Below are positions 16,747 to 24,835 of a DNA stretch of 42,993 nt, piece by piece. The DNA is from Candidatus Magasanikiibacteriota bacterium (GTDB lineage: Bacteria > Patescibacteriota > Patescibacteriia > Magasanikbacterales > 2-02-FULL-50-9b): positions 1-42,993 of the forward strand of contig CALQYY010000002.1 in assembly GCA_943349075.1 (NCBI GenBank), written 5' to 3'. The position numbers were made by a program, and so were the translations under genes. Position 1 is the first letter of the stretch, and each line of letters starts with the position of its first letter. The notes below the pieces were generated by a model. The model was not told where the DNA came from, made no database searches, and was given only the letters and a program-made list of their open reading frames with translations.

Positions 16747-18744
16747 GTGAAACGATCTTTTATTGGAACGACTGCCGTTGTTGTACAGATGTGTGCGCTC
16801 TTTTTGTCACCGAGCGTTGTTTTAGCGCTTGTTCCAAATGATCCGCAGCTCAATTTGAAGGGTGGTGTTGAATCATTGCAGTTGCCACAAGCATGGGATA
16901 TTACGCAAGGATCGAGCGATGTTATTGTTGCGGTGATTGATGCGGGCGTTGATATTTCAAATTCCGATTTAACAGAAAATATTTGGTTGAATCCAAAAGA
17001 ACAGTCCGATGGGGTTGATAATGATGGAAACGGTTTGATTGATGATGTTCGTGGGTGGAATTTTGTAAAAAATAATGGAGATGTTCGTCCAATTGCGTCA
17101 GCTGGAGAGACAAGTAGAATTGGTTTAAATCATGGAAGTGTCATTGCAGGCATTATCGGAGCTGTTGGAAATAATGGTGTCGGTGGTGCGGGAGTTAATT
17201 GGCGCGTTAAGATTTTGCCGCTGAAAATTTTAGATGAGCGCGGTGAAGGAGATACAGATCTTGCGGTGAAGGCAATTGATTATGCAATTCAGAAAAAAGC
17301 ATCAATCATTAATTTGAGTTTTGTTGGGCCAACACCAAGTTTGGATTTTATCCAGGCTGTCCGTCGCGCATATCGTGCAGGAATTTTGGTAATCGCAGCA
17401 GCTGGGAATGCTCCTGAAGGTCAGAGCGGAACAAATCTCAATGATCAGCCACAATATCCGGTTTGTTTTGACGATCCGTTAAAAGAAGAGAATTGGGTGA
17501 TCGGTGTTGCAGCGCTTTCAGAAGACGGACAGCTCGCGCCATTTTCTAATTACGGTAGCAAGTGTATCGATATTTCTGCGCCAGGGGCACGCATTCCTTC
17601 AACTGTATTGTTTGATCCAGCGTCAGGAAACAATGAAATCTATGGAGGCGGCTGGTCGGGTACATCAATTGCTGCGCCGTTTGTGTCGGGGGTTGCGGCG
17701 CTTGTTAAGAGTATTCAGCCAAAATGGGGTCCTGATGAAATTCGCAAGGCGTTGCTCGATACAGTTGATCCGGTTCCAGGAAATACCACGCGTGCTGCAG
17801 GACTTGGTTCCGTTAATGCATACAAGGCAGTTCGCTATGCAGAGCATGGTGGCGACGGCGGACTTGAGAGTGGTTTTTATATAGCACCTGTCAAGACGGC
17901 TCGTGGAGTTGTGGCGCATGTGCTCGATACACAATTTAAACAAACAAAATCTTTTGTTGTGGCGCCAGCAGGAACTGTTGACGTTCAACTAACAACAGGT
18001 GATGTTCAGGCATCGGGAGTTTCGCAGATTATTGCTGCAACATCAAACTCAAAAGGTTCACTCGTTCGAATTTTTCAGCGTGACGGAAAATTGATGAAAG
18101 AATTTCGACCGTTTGATAATAAAGAGCGCGGAGCTTTGTCGGTATTCTCAGCTGATTTAGATGGAAACGGATCTGACGAAACAATTGTCGGCTCGAGCAA
18201 ACTCAAACGTGTTTCAATCTACGAAGGAACGGGAAAACTTCGTGGCACCATTAATATTCCGGAAACAAAAGGTTCGGTATATGTAGTTGCCGATCGTCTA
18301 ATTGACCGTACCGTCGTGCTCACAGCAGTCCAGCAAGGAAAGCAAGTTGTTGTCTATGTGTGGGATCAGTTTGGAACATACTTGTCGGATTTTGTTATCC
18401 CGCTTGAGACCGCAAACCCAATTAGCATTGGATTCGCGCCAGGTGAAAACGGATCACAACGGTTTTACGTTGCGCAGCAAACGAGCAAAAACGTAAAAAT
18501 TTATTTCAGCACGTTGGATGGTCTTGTAACCCAGGTTATTTCAGCAGTTCCACCTGCGGGAAAACTCTATGGATTTACATTTGGTAAAAATCAGGATGGC
18601 GAAAATTCGCAGCTTATTTTAGGGGTATCAAATGGCACGTCGTCGCTGTTTGAAACTGTTAATGCGCTCGGCGAAATTTCTGGTGTCAGCAAGATTGATG
18701 CGCTTAAATCATTAAAATTCACTGGTCTTTATTTCGGAAAATAA
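16747..18744 (+). CDS. Secreted subtilisin-like serine protease (peptidase S8) with a C-terminal FG-GAP/VCBS-like beta-propeller region
   Basis: It starts at a GTG and has a signal-like N-terminus. The catalytic triad contexts are VAVIDAGVD (Asp), HGSVIAGIIGA (His) and GTSIAAPFVSG (Ser). The C-terminal half contains FSADLDGNGSDETIVGS and a repeated beta-strand pattern. Confidence 0.85.
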   Translation: MKRSFIGTTAVVVQMCALFLSPSVVLALVPNDPQLNLKGGVESLQLPQAWDITQGSSDVIVAVIDAGVDISNSDLTENIWLNPKEQSDGVDNDGNGLIDDVRGWNFVKNNGDVRPIASAGETSRIGLNHGSVIAGIIGAVGNNGVGGAGVNWRVKILPLKILDERGEGDTDLAVKAIDYAIQKKASIINLSFVGPTPSLDFIQAVRRAYRAGILVIAAAGNAPEGQSGTNLNDQPQYPVCFDDPLKEENWVIGVAALSEDGQLAPFSNYGSKCIDISAPGARIPSTVLFDPASGNNEIYGGGWSGTSIAAPFVSGVAALVKSIQPKWGPDEIRKALLDTVDPVPGNTTRAAGLGSVNAYKAVRYAEHGGDGGLESGFYIAPVKTARGVVAHVLDTQFKQTKSFVVAPAGTVDVQLTTGDVQASGVSQIIAATSNSKGSLVRIFQRDGKLMKEFRPFDNKERGALSVFSADLDGNGSDETIVGSSKLKRVSIYEGTGKLRGTINIPETKGSVYVVADRLIDRTVVLTAVQQGKQVVVYVWDQFGTYLSDFVIPLETANPISIGFAPGENGSQRFYVAQQTSKNVKIYFSTLDGLVTQVISAVPPAGKLYGFTFGKNQDGENSQLILGVSNGTSSLFETVNALGEISGVSKIDALKSLKFTGLYFGK

Positions 18745-18747
18745 CCT

Positions 18748-19764
18748 ATGGCAAACTCAACGGAATTTCAAAAAAAGAATTCAATCGTAACAGGCGGTGC
18801 AGGATTTATTGGCTCTCATTTGTGTGAGGCGCTTCTTGCGGAGGGTCGTGTGATTTGTATTGATAATTTGAGCAATGCTTCAACCGACAATATTGAACCA
18901 ATGCTTTCAAACCCTGATTTCGTTTTCATCAAGCATGATGTGTGTCAGCCGCTTGATCTTGAGTCGCTTCCAGAGCTTGAGCGTTTTCGCATCTCAGTTC
19001 AGGGTATACAAGAAGTTTTTCATCTTGCGTGTCCAATGAGTGTGCAGAATTTTAATCTCAATCGTATCGCAATTCTTGATGCAAACAGTGCTGCGGTTAA
19101 AACAACGCTTGATTGGGCGGTGAAATATAAAGCGCGTTACGTCTTCGCATCAAGTGCATGCGTATATGGTCCACGCGTTTCAGACCTTCCGGTCAAAGAA
19201 AATACACTCGGGATTTTGGATCATATGACCATGCGTGCAGCGTATGATGAAGGTAAGCGATTTGCCGAGACAATGATTTCAACGTACGCGGATATTATGG
19301 GAGTCGATGCACGTGTTGCACGAATTTTCCGTACCTATGGGCCACGTCTTAAAATGCATGATGCTCAGATGATTACTGATTTTGTGGTGAGCGCACTTGA
19401 TAATGCACCGATGGTTGTGTACGGCGCTGAGACAATGAAAACAACTCTTTTGTATGTGACGGATGCGGTTTCGGCTCTTATGAAATTAGCAAAAGTACAA
19501 AGTGGTGTAGGGCCAATGAATATTGGAAGTGAGCAAGAATATACGTTTGCTGAGATTGCAGGGAAGGTGAAGGAGATTATCAAATCAGAATCAACGGTTG
19601 CGCACGAAGAACCACTCGAATTTTTGTCAGAGCATGTGATTCCAGATATCACGTATGCAAAACAGGTGCTTGGTTGGATGCCAATGGTTCGACTCGAAAA
19701 TGGTCTCGATCATTTGGCGGATTATGTGAGTGCTAACCGAAACAAATTAACGTATTCTGTATGA
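18748..19764 (+). CDS. NAD-dependent UDP-glucuronate decarboxylase (UDP-xylose synthase-like SDR)
   Basis: Motifs are VTGGAGFIGSHLCEALL, the YxxxK context YDEGKRFAE, and RIFRTYGPRL. All are typical of UXS/ArnA-C-type decarboxylases. Confidence 0.78.
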   Translation: MANSTEFQKKNSIVTGGAGFIGSHLCEALLAEGRVICIDNLSNASTDNIEPMLSNPDFVFIKHDVCQPLDLESLPELERFRISVQGIQEVFHLACPMSVQNFNLNRIAILDANSAAVKTTLDWAVKYKARYVFASSACVYGPRVSDLPVKENTLGILDHMTMRAAYDEGKRFAETMISTYADIMGVDARVARIFRTYGPRLKMHDAQMITDFVVSALDNAPMVVYGAETMKTTLLYVTDAVSALMKLAKVQSGVGPMNIGSEQEYTFAEIAGKVKEIIKSESTVAHEEPLEFLSEHVIPDITYAKQVLGWMPMVRLENGLDHLADYVSANRNKLTYSV

Positions 19765-20420
19765 AGATCTTAGTCGTTGTACCTGCGTACAACGAAGCAA
19801 CAACAATTGAGGGTGTACTGCGAGCGATGCAGGGAGTGCACGATGTTGTTGTAATTGACGATGGTTCAACCGATAACACAGGAGAGGTTGCGCGCGCATC
19901 GGGAGCTCTGACGCTTCGGCACGTGGTAAATCGAGGGCTTGGAGCGGCGCTGCGTACAGGGTTTGCCTATGCGCTGTCGCGAGGCGATACGTATGATGCT
20001 GTCATCACGCTTGATGCTGATGGGCAACATAATCCAGCCGAGATTGAAAATTTCATTGCAGCACTTGATGCTGGTGCTGAAGTTGTGATCGGTCGCCGCG
20101 AATTTTCAGATATGCCGCGCATTCGTCAGGCATATAATGCCGCGGGAGCGATTATTACCTCAGCACTGTTCGGTGGTCCGTTCACTGATTCGCAATCCGG
20201 TTTTCGCGCATTTCAGGTCACCAAATTACGCGATTTTCGACTGATGACATCGCGCATGGAAATTTCATCAGAAATTATTGCTGAGGCATATCGCGTCGGC
20301 GCAAAAATCCAGCAAATCCCAATCTCCATTGCGTATACTGAATATTCAATGAGCAAAGGGCAGGGGTTTTTTGAGGGACTTCGAACTTTGTGGCGTCTCG
20401 TATTAAAAAGTTTTGCGTGA
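19761..20420 (+). CDS. Glycosyltransferase family 2, small polyprenol-phosphate glycosyltransferase type (DPM1/GtrB-like)
   Basis: Motifs are VVPAYNEATTIEGVL, VVVIDDGSTDNT and the DxD-type LDADGQH. It is 219 aa. It shares an ATGA overlap with the preceding gene. Confidence 0.82.
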   Translation: MKILVVVPAYNEATTIEGVLRAMQGVHDVVVIDDGSTDNTGEVARASGALTLRHVVNRGLGAALRTGFAYALSRGDTYDAVITLDADGQHNPAEIENFIAALDAGAEVVIGRREFSDMPRIRQAYNAAGAIITSALFGGPFTDSQSGFRAFQVTKLRDFRLMTSRMEISSEIIAEAYRVGAKIQQIPISIAYTEYSMSKGQGFFEGLRTLWRLVLKSFA

Positions 20421-20424
20421 TTTT

Positions 20425-20778
20425 ATGAATACACAACCGCTTGTAATGCAGATAATCCTAACGATGATAGCGATGCTCGGACTTGAGCGCATCGTGAGTC
20501 GACTTCGAGCTCGTCAAATGGGGCTTGGAATTGTTGGAATTTGGTTTTTTGGAACTGCTATTTTTCTCCTTTTTGTTTGGCGCCCAGAACTCTCGACGCG
20601 TTTTTCGCAGATGATTGGTATCGGACGTGGTGTTGATGCTGCTGTATATATTGCTGTTGCAATTTTATTTTACGCAATGCTTCGAATGTTGCTCCGACTT
20701 GAACGACAGGAAAATTTGATTACACGTTTGGTGAGCGAAATTGCGCTACTAAAAAACGATATCGAACAAAAAAAATAA
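20425..20778 (+). CDS. Small membrane protein, DUF2304-like (usual partner of GT2 enzymes)
   Basis: It has 3-4 TM helices followed by an amphipathic tail (RLERQENLITRLVSEIALLKNDI). The layout matches my memory of DUF2304. ATG 20425 is preferred over the TTG at 20413. Confidence 0.6.
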   Translation: MNTQPLVMQIILTMIAMLGLERIVSRLRARQMGLGIVGIWFFGTAIFLLFVWRPELSTRFSQMIGIGRGVDAAVYIAVAILFYAMLRMLLRLERQENLITRLVSEIALLKNDIEQKK

Positions 20779-20781
20779 CAT

Positions 20782-21879
20782 ATGCGAATTGCATTTGTTT
20801 CGGCTGTTTTTCCTCCAACGCGTGGAGGAATGTGCACGGTCGCTGCTGCGGAGGCGATTGAGCTCGCGAAAAAACATGTAGTAACGGTATTTACGCTACG
20901 AACTGACAACCCGCGGAAAGATTTACTCATCGATCGCGCGCACGATTTTGAGACCGTTCGTCTTCAGGGGTTGCCGCGTATTTCGCTCGGTGGATTCGTG
21001 CCGCAGCTTTTATGGCACCTACGCTCATTCGACGCGGTTTATGCGCATTTGCCGGCATATGGATTCATGGAGGTTTTGATTTTGTGGAAACTCATGACAC
21101 GCCGGAAATTGGTGGTGACGGTTCATATGGATCCGATTGGTTCGGGGCTTTTTAAGCTCATTTTTAAACTCGAGCGGTTTGTGTTGCGTGCAGTGATTTC
21201 GCGCACAGACTCTATTCGAATTTCAACAGAACATTTTTCGCGCGACAGTTTATTTGGTGGAATTTCTCAGAATAAAATTTCAATTATTCCATTTGGAATT
21301 GATGTAAACAAATTCAATCCGGTGGAGGGTGAAAAAAAGACTGTGTTTTTATTTGTGGGGAGGTTGAGTCGAACACATTATTTTAAAGGTGTTGAATTGT
21401 TGCTTCGTGCATTTAAATCTGTGCTGGAAAAGAATGGTGGTGCGGAGCTGTTAATTGTTGGTGATGGTGATGAGAGAAAAAATTATGAACGCGTGGCGGA
21501 GAAGCTCCATCTTTCTCGGCATGTAACATTTTTAGGTGCAGTTTCTGATGAGGAATTGCCGGGTGTTTATTCGCGTGCGTCGTGTTTTGTTTTGCCGTCG
21601 ACAGATACGTCGGAAACATTTGGTCTTGTGCTCTTGGAAGCTATGGCAAGTGGGGTTCCAGTTATCGCAAGCCGGTTGCCGGGCGTTGATTCGGTTGTGT
21701 CAGACGGTTATTCGGGCCGCCTTATCGAACCGGGAAATGAAACAGAGCTTGTGAATGCGATGAATGATGCGGCAGTGCGAAAAAATGAGTGGAAAAATTT
21801 TGGTGTGAATGCGCGAGCACGCGCTTTGGAGTATGGCGATTGGAAAGGCATTGCGGCGAAAATTGATTCTCTGATATAA
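20782..21879 (+). CDS. Glycosyltransferase family 4
   Basis: The signature is VLPSTDTSETFGLVLLEAMASGVPVIASRLPGVDSVVSDGYSGRLIEPGN. Confidence 0.85.
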   Translation: MRIAFVSAVFPPTRGGMCTVAAAEAIELAKKHVVTVFTLRTDNPRKDLLIDRAHDFETVRLQGLPRISLGGFVPQLLWHLRSFDAVYAHLPAYGFMEVLILWKLMTRRKLVVTVHMDPIGSGLFKLIFKLERFVLRAVISRTDSIRISTEHFSRDSLFGGISQNKISIIPFGIDVNKFNPVEGEKKTVFLFVGRLSRTHYFKGVELLLRAFKSVLEKNGGAELLIVGDGDERKNYERVAEKLHLSRHVTFLGAVSDEELPGVYSRASCFVLPSTDTSETFGLVLLEAMASGVPVIASRLPGVDSVVSDGYSGRLIEPGNETELVNAMNDAAVRKNEWKNFGVNARARALEYGDWKGIAAKIDSLI

Positions 21880-21917
21880 TACGCCAGATTAAAAAACTAA
21901 TCAGCAATTTTATACGT

Positions 21918-22661
21918 ATGCAAGAAAATAATGAATCATGGGTGAATTCAGTTCCGCCAAAAACAATGTTTATCGGCGGTATCGTTGGTGGAGTTTTGGT
22001 TTTATGTACGATTGGATTTTTTATTTTACTCGGCATGAAACTTAGCGGACCATCAAATGTTGCGCTCGCACCATCAGCTGCGGTTCCTCAGGGCGATGAG
22101 GCGCCAGCACCTGTTGGAAAACCAGCTGACGTAACATCTGACGATCACGTTCTCGGACCAAACAATGCAAAAGTAACATTGATCGCATATTCAGATTTTC
22201 AGTGTCCATTTTGCCAGCGATTTCATCCAACAGCTTTGAAGCTTGTGAACGACTACAAAGGAAAGGTTCGCTTGGTATTTCGCTCATTTCCTTTGAGCTC
22301 AATTCATCCTCAGGCACAAAAAGCATCAGAAGCTGCTGAATGTGTTGCAAGCTTGAAAGGTAACGATGCTTTTTGGAAATATGCAGACGCACTCTTTCAG
22401 AATCAGGATACTTTGAGCGAAACATTGTTTGCTGACCTTGCGGTTAAAGCGGGTGTGAACAAGGGTGCGTTCCAGAGCTGTTTGTCGTCAGGAAAGTTTG
22501 CAGCAAAAGTGAATGCTTCAGAAGCTGAGGGCGCAAGCGCAGGCGTTCAGGGAACTCCAGCAACATTTGTAATCGCACCTGACGGCTCAGCTGAGCTCAT
22601 GGGCGGTGCACTTCCATACGAACAGGCAAAAACATATATTGAGCGTGCGCTCCAGAAGTAA
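21918..22661 (+). CDS. Membrane-anchored DsbA-family thiol:disulfide oxidoreductase
   Basis: It has an N-terminal TM helix, the thioredoxin-fold active site FQCPFCQRF, and a DsbA-like tail (GVQGTPATFVI). Confidence 0.82.
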   Translation: MQENNESWVNSVPPKTMFIGGIVGGVLVLCTIGFFILLGMKLSGPSNVALAPSAAVPQGDEAPAPVGKPADVTSDDHVLGPNNAKVTLIAYSDFQCPFCQRFHPTALKLVNDYKGKVRLVFRSFPLSSIHPQAQKASEAAECVASLKGNDAFWKYADALFQNQDTLSETLFADLAVKAGVNKGAFQSCLSSGKFAAKVNASEAEGASAGVQGTPATFVIAPDGSAELMGGALPYEQAKTYIERALQK

Positions 22662-22706
22662 AATTCTCGAGTTATCCAGTTATCCCCGTGCATAATGTGC
22701 GGATAC

Positions 22707-22737
22707 AAAACCCTTGCTAAATGCAGGGGTTTTTGTT
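22707..22737 (+). terminator. Rho-independent terminator ending the glycan operon
   Basis: AAAA-CCCTTGC-TAAAT-GCAGGGG-TTTTTGTT forms a 7-bp stem (one G:U pair) followed by a T-tract. Confidence 0.7.
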
Positions 22738-22815
22738 ACGGTACAGGTGCTCCAAAACACTTTGATATACGCCGATAATCACAATTTTGTGTATGGTGTG
22801 AGATACGAAGGAGGG

Positions 22816-22917
22816 GAGCTGTCTGACGATATAATTATCGCCACGTCGCCGAGACGACGTGCATGGAACCTTTGGCAAGGAGGGGGACCCGAGCGGGAGG
22901 TACCCTGGGGACAGCTT
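22816..22917 (+). ncRNA. Candidate structured RNA core (class unknown) in the 344-nt non-coding gap
   Basis: A closing helix pairs GAGCTGTC (22816-22823) with GACAGCTT (22910-22917). It encloses three hairpins: CGATA-TAAT-TATCG (22827-22840), CACGTCG-CCGAGA-CGACGTG (22842-22861) and CCTT-TGGC-AAGG (22869-22880). A GC-rich segment follows. The sequence AGGAGGG(G) occurs three times. Confidence 0.35.
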
Positions 22918-22958
22918 AAAATGAGGAGGGCGTTCTCGCAGCAACAATTACAGAGTTT

Positions 22959-22987
22959 AGCCCTGAGATCTAGAAAATCTCAGGGCT
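22959..22987 (+). other. Perfect 11-bp hairpin closing the structured region (weak terminator or attenuator)
   Basis: AGCCCTGAGAT-CTAGAAA-ATCTCAGGGCT is followed by TTGCGCT, a poor U-tract. Confidence 0.5.
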
Positions 22988-22999
22988 TTGCGCTATAAT
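22971..22999 (+). promoter_or_regulatory. Possible promoter giving a leaderless GT4 transcript
   Basis: TAGAAA (22971-22976, in the hairpin loop), a 17-nt spacer, then consensus TATAAT (22994-22999). ATG 23006 is the 7th nt after the -10 and has no SD. Confidence 0.35.
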
Positions 23000-23005
23000 C
23001 GTGGT

Positions 23006-24133
23006 ATGAAAATTTTAATGGTAATTACCGAGGGAGATTTAGGTGGTGCGCAGCGCCATGTACTTGATATTTCGCGGGAGCTCAGTAAACGTGGGCACGA
23101 ACTTTTAATTGCAATTGGTGGCGATTTTACGGAACTGTCTGATGCTGCTGCGAGTAGTATTTTGCCGATTGAGACTGTTCGACTCCAAAATGTTGGTCGT
23201 GAGATTAAACCAGCAAAAGATCTTCGTGGACTGCTTGAAATCTATAAGCTGATTCGAACGTGGAAACCGGATATAGTTCATTGTCACAGTTCAAAAGTAG
23301 GTGTTTTGGCATCGATCGCAGGGCGAGTTGCGGGGGCGAAGGTTGTGTATACAGCGCACGGTTTTGTTTTTTGTGAGGAATTGCCAATTGTAACTCGACT
23401 CGTGTATTTGTTAGCTGAAAAAATCTCTACACTTTTCCGTCATAAAGTTATTGCGGTTTCGCAAAGTGATGCAGATGCTGCACGCAAAAACTTTATTGTT
23501 AGTTCAAAAAAGTTAACGATAATACCAAACGGACTTGATTTAAGCATTGAAGATCGTTTGCTTGATGTAAAATCTGCGCGCGAAATGATTTCGGCATGGG
23601 CAGGAGCAGATGTGTCAGATGCAAAAATTGTCCTTTCGATTGCAAATTTCTACCCAGCAAAAAATCTTTCTCTGTTGGTGCAATCATTTGAGTCGGTTCT
23701 TGCGCGTATTCCAGAAGCTCGTCTTGTTTTGGTTGGTGATGGTAAAGAGCGACACGTGTGTGAGCGTCTTGTAGAACAAAATCCAAAGTTACACGAAAAA
23801 GTTTTCTTCACCGGAAAGCGTGCGGATGCATTTCAAGTTCTGCGTGGTGCTGATGTTGTTGCGCTCTCATCGACAAAAGAGGGAATGCCATACGTTGTGC
23901 TTGAAGCGAAATTTGCCGGAACTCCCGTTGTTGCAACGCGTGTAGGAGGAATTCCAGAGATGGGCGAAGGCTCAGATTTAAAATTAGTCGTTCCGCATTC
24001 GCCAGAAATGTTGTCTGAAGCATTGGTTCAGATGCTGAGGACTGAAAAGCAGGCGCGTGGACATTTGCCATGGCAATTTACTTTAACAGGAATGGTTGAT
24101 GCAATTGAGGCGGTCTACCACGAAATCGTTTAG
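23006..24133 (+). CDS. Glycosyltransferase family 4
   Basis: The N-terminus is MKILMVITEGDLGGAQRHV. The C-terminal signature is LSSTKEGMPYVVLEAKFAGTPVVATRVGGIPEM. ATG 23006 is preferred over the TTG at 22988. Confidence 0.85.
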   Translation: MKILMVITEGDLGGAQRHVLDISRELSKRGHELLIAIGGDFTELSDAAASSILPIETVRLQNVGREIKPAKDLRGLLEIYKLIRTWKPDIVHCHSSKVGVLASIAGRVAGAKVVYTAHGFVFCEELPIVTRLVYLLAEKISTLFRHKVIAVSQSDADAARKNFIVSSKKLTIIPNGLDLSIEDRLLDVKSAREMISAWAGADVSDAKIVLSIANFYPAKNLSLLVQSFESVLARIPEARLVLVGDGKERHVCERLVEQNPKLHEKVFFTGKRADAFQVLRGADVVALSSTKEGMPYVVLEAKFAGTPVVATRVGGIPEMGEGSDLKLVVPHSPEMLSEALVQMLRTEKQARGHLPWQFTLTGMVDAIEAVYHEIV

Positions 24134-24786
24134 TAGATTTCAAAATGAATGGCGGTTTTTTCAACGCCGGCAGCGATCAGTTGCGCACGAACTTCCGAAA
24201 CCATCTCAGGATTTCCACACATGTACCATGCTGCGTTTGGGTGTTCTGAAATGAGGGCTTCTGTATGCGCTGTTACACGGCCTTTCAAGCCTTCCCATGA
24301 TTCTGATGGTTGAGAAAGAGTGATCAAAGAATTTTTTGGCAAGCGATCTGCCCAAAATATATCCTCTTCGTGTCGTACGCCAAAAATTGTTGTATGCGGT
24401 GCCGTCGCAATATTTTTTGAATTGAAAAAACTTACAATTGGAGCAAGACCGGTGCCTGTTGCAACAAAAACACGGTCGGTGTCGGCTGGATTTAATACAA
24501 AACGACCAACGGGAGCTCCTGTTTCAATAATAGCGCCAAGTTCTGCGGTCGCGAGAAACCCAGAAACATGGCCGACGGGATTGTGTTTCATGATAAAAAC
24601 GATGTCGTCAGAATCCTTTTCTGAGACAATTGAAAAAGCGCGCGCACATTTTTGTTCGGCGCCAACCTGTTTAAGCATAACGAACTGACCCGGCTCGAAA
24701 ATAAATGGAAGCTCAGGTTTGAATGTGTAGCTTTTCACCGTTGGGGTGAGATCTGTTTTTTTTATGAGTGTGAGTTGCATGTCCAC
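24130..24786 (-). CDS. FNR-like FAD/NAD(P)H oxidoreductase (ferredoxin-NADP reductase family)
   Basis: Motifs are the RxYS-type FAD motif RAFSIVS, the NAD(P) motif VATGTGLAPI, and the C-terminal YMCGNPEM. Its stop codon overlaps the stop of the convergent GT4 gene. Confidence 0.75.
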   Translation of the reverse strand: MDMQLTLIKKTDLTPTVKSYTFKPELPFIFEPGQFVMLKQVGAEQKCARAFSIVSEKDSDDIVFIMKHNPVGHVSGFLATAELGAIIETGAPVGRFVLNPADTDRVFVATGTGLAPIVSFFNSKNIATAPHTTIFGVRHEEDIFWADRLPKNSLITLSQPSESWEGLKGRVTAHTEALISEHPNAAWYMCGNPEMVSEVRAQLIAAGVEKTAIHFEIY

Positions 24787-24835
24787 AATTTAACCACACT
24801 TGACGTTTTTTGGAAATGGGGGCACCCAGTGGAGT

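Noticed and set aside
22877-22925. Faint resemblance of GGGGGACCC… and …ACAGCUUAA to the ydaO-type c-di-AMP riboswitch core. I also compared the region with SRP, 6S, tmRNA and RNase P RNAs.
   Set aside because: The rest of the conserved ydaO core as I remember it (…CCCGAA..CCG.CAGCUAACCUCGUAAGC) is absent. None of the hallmark motifs of the other RNAs (for example GGAAGGAAGCAGC or GAGGAAAGUCC) occurs. It is therefore left unclassified rather than named.
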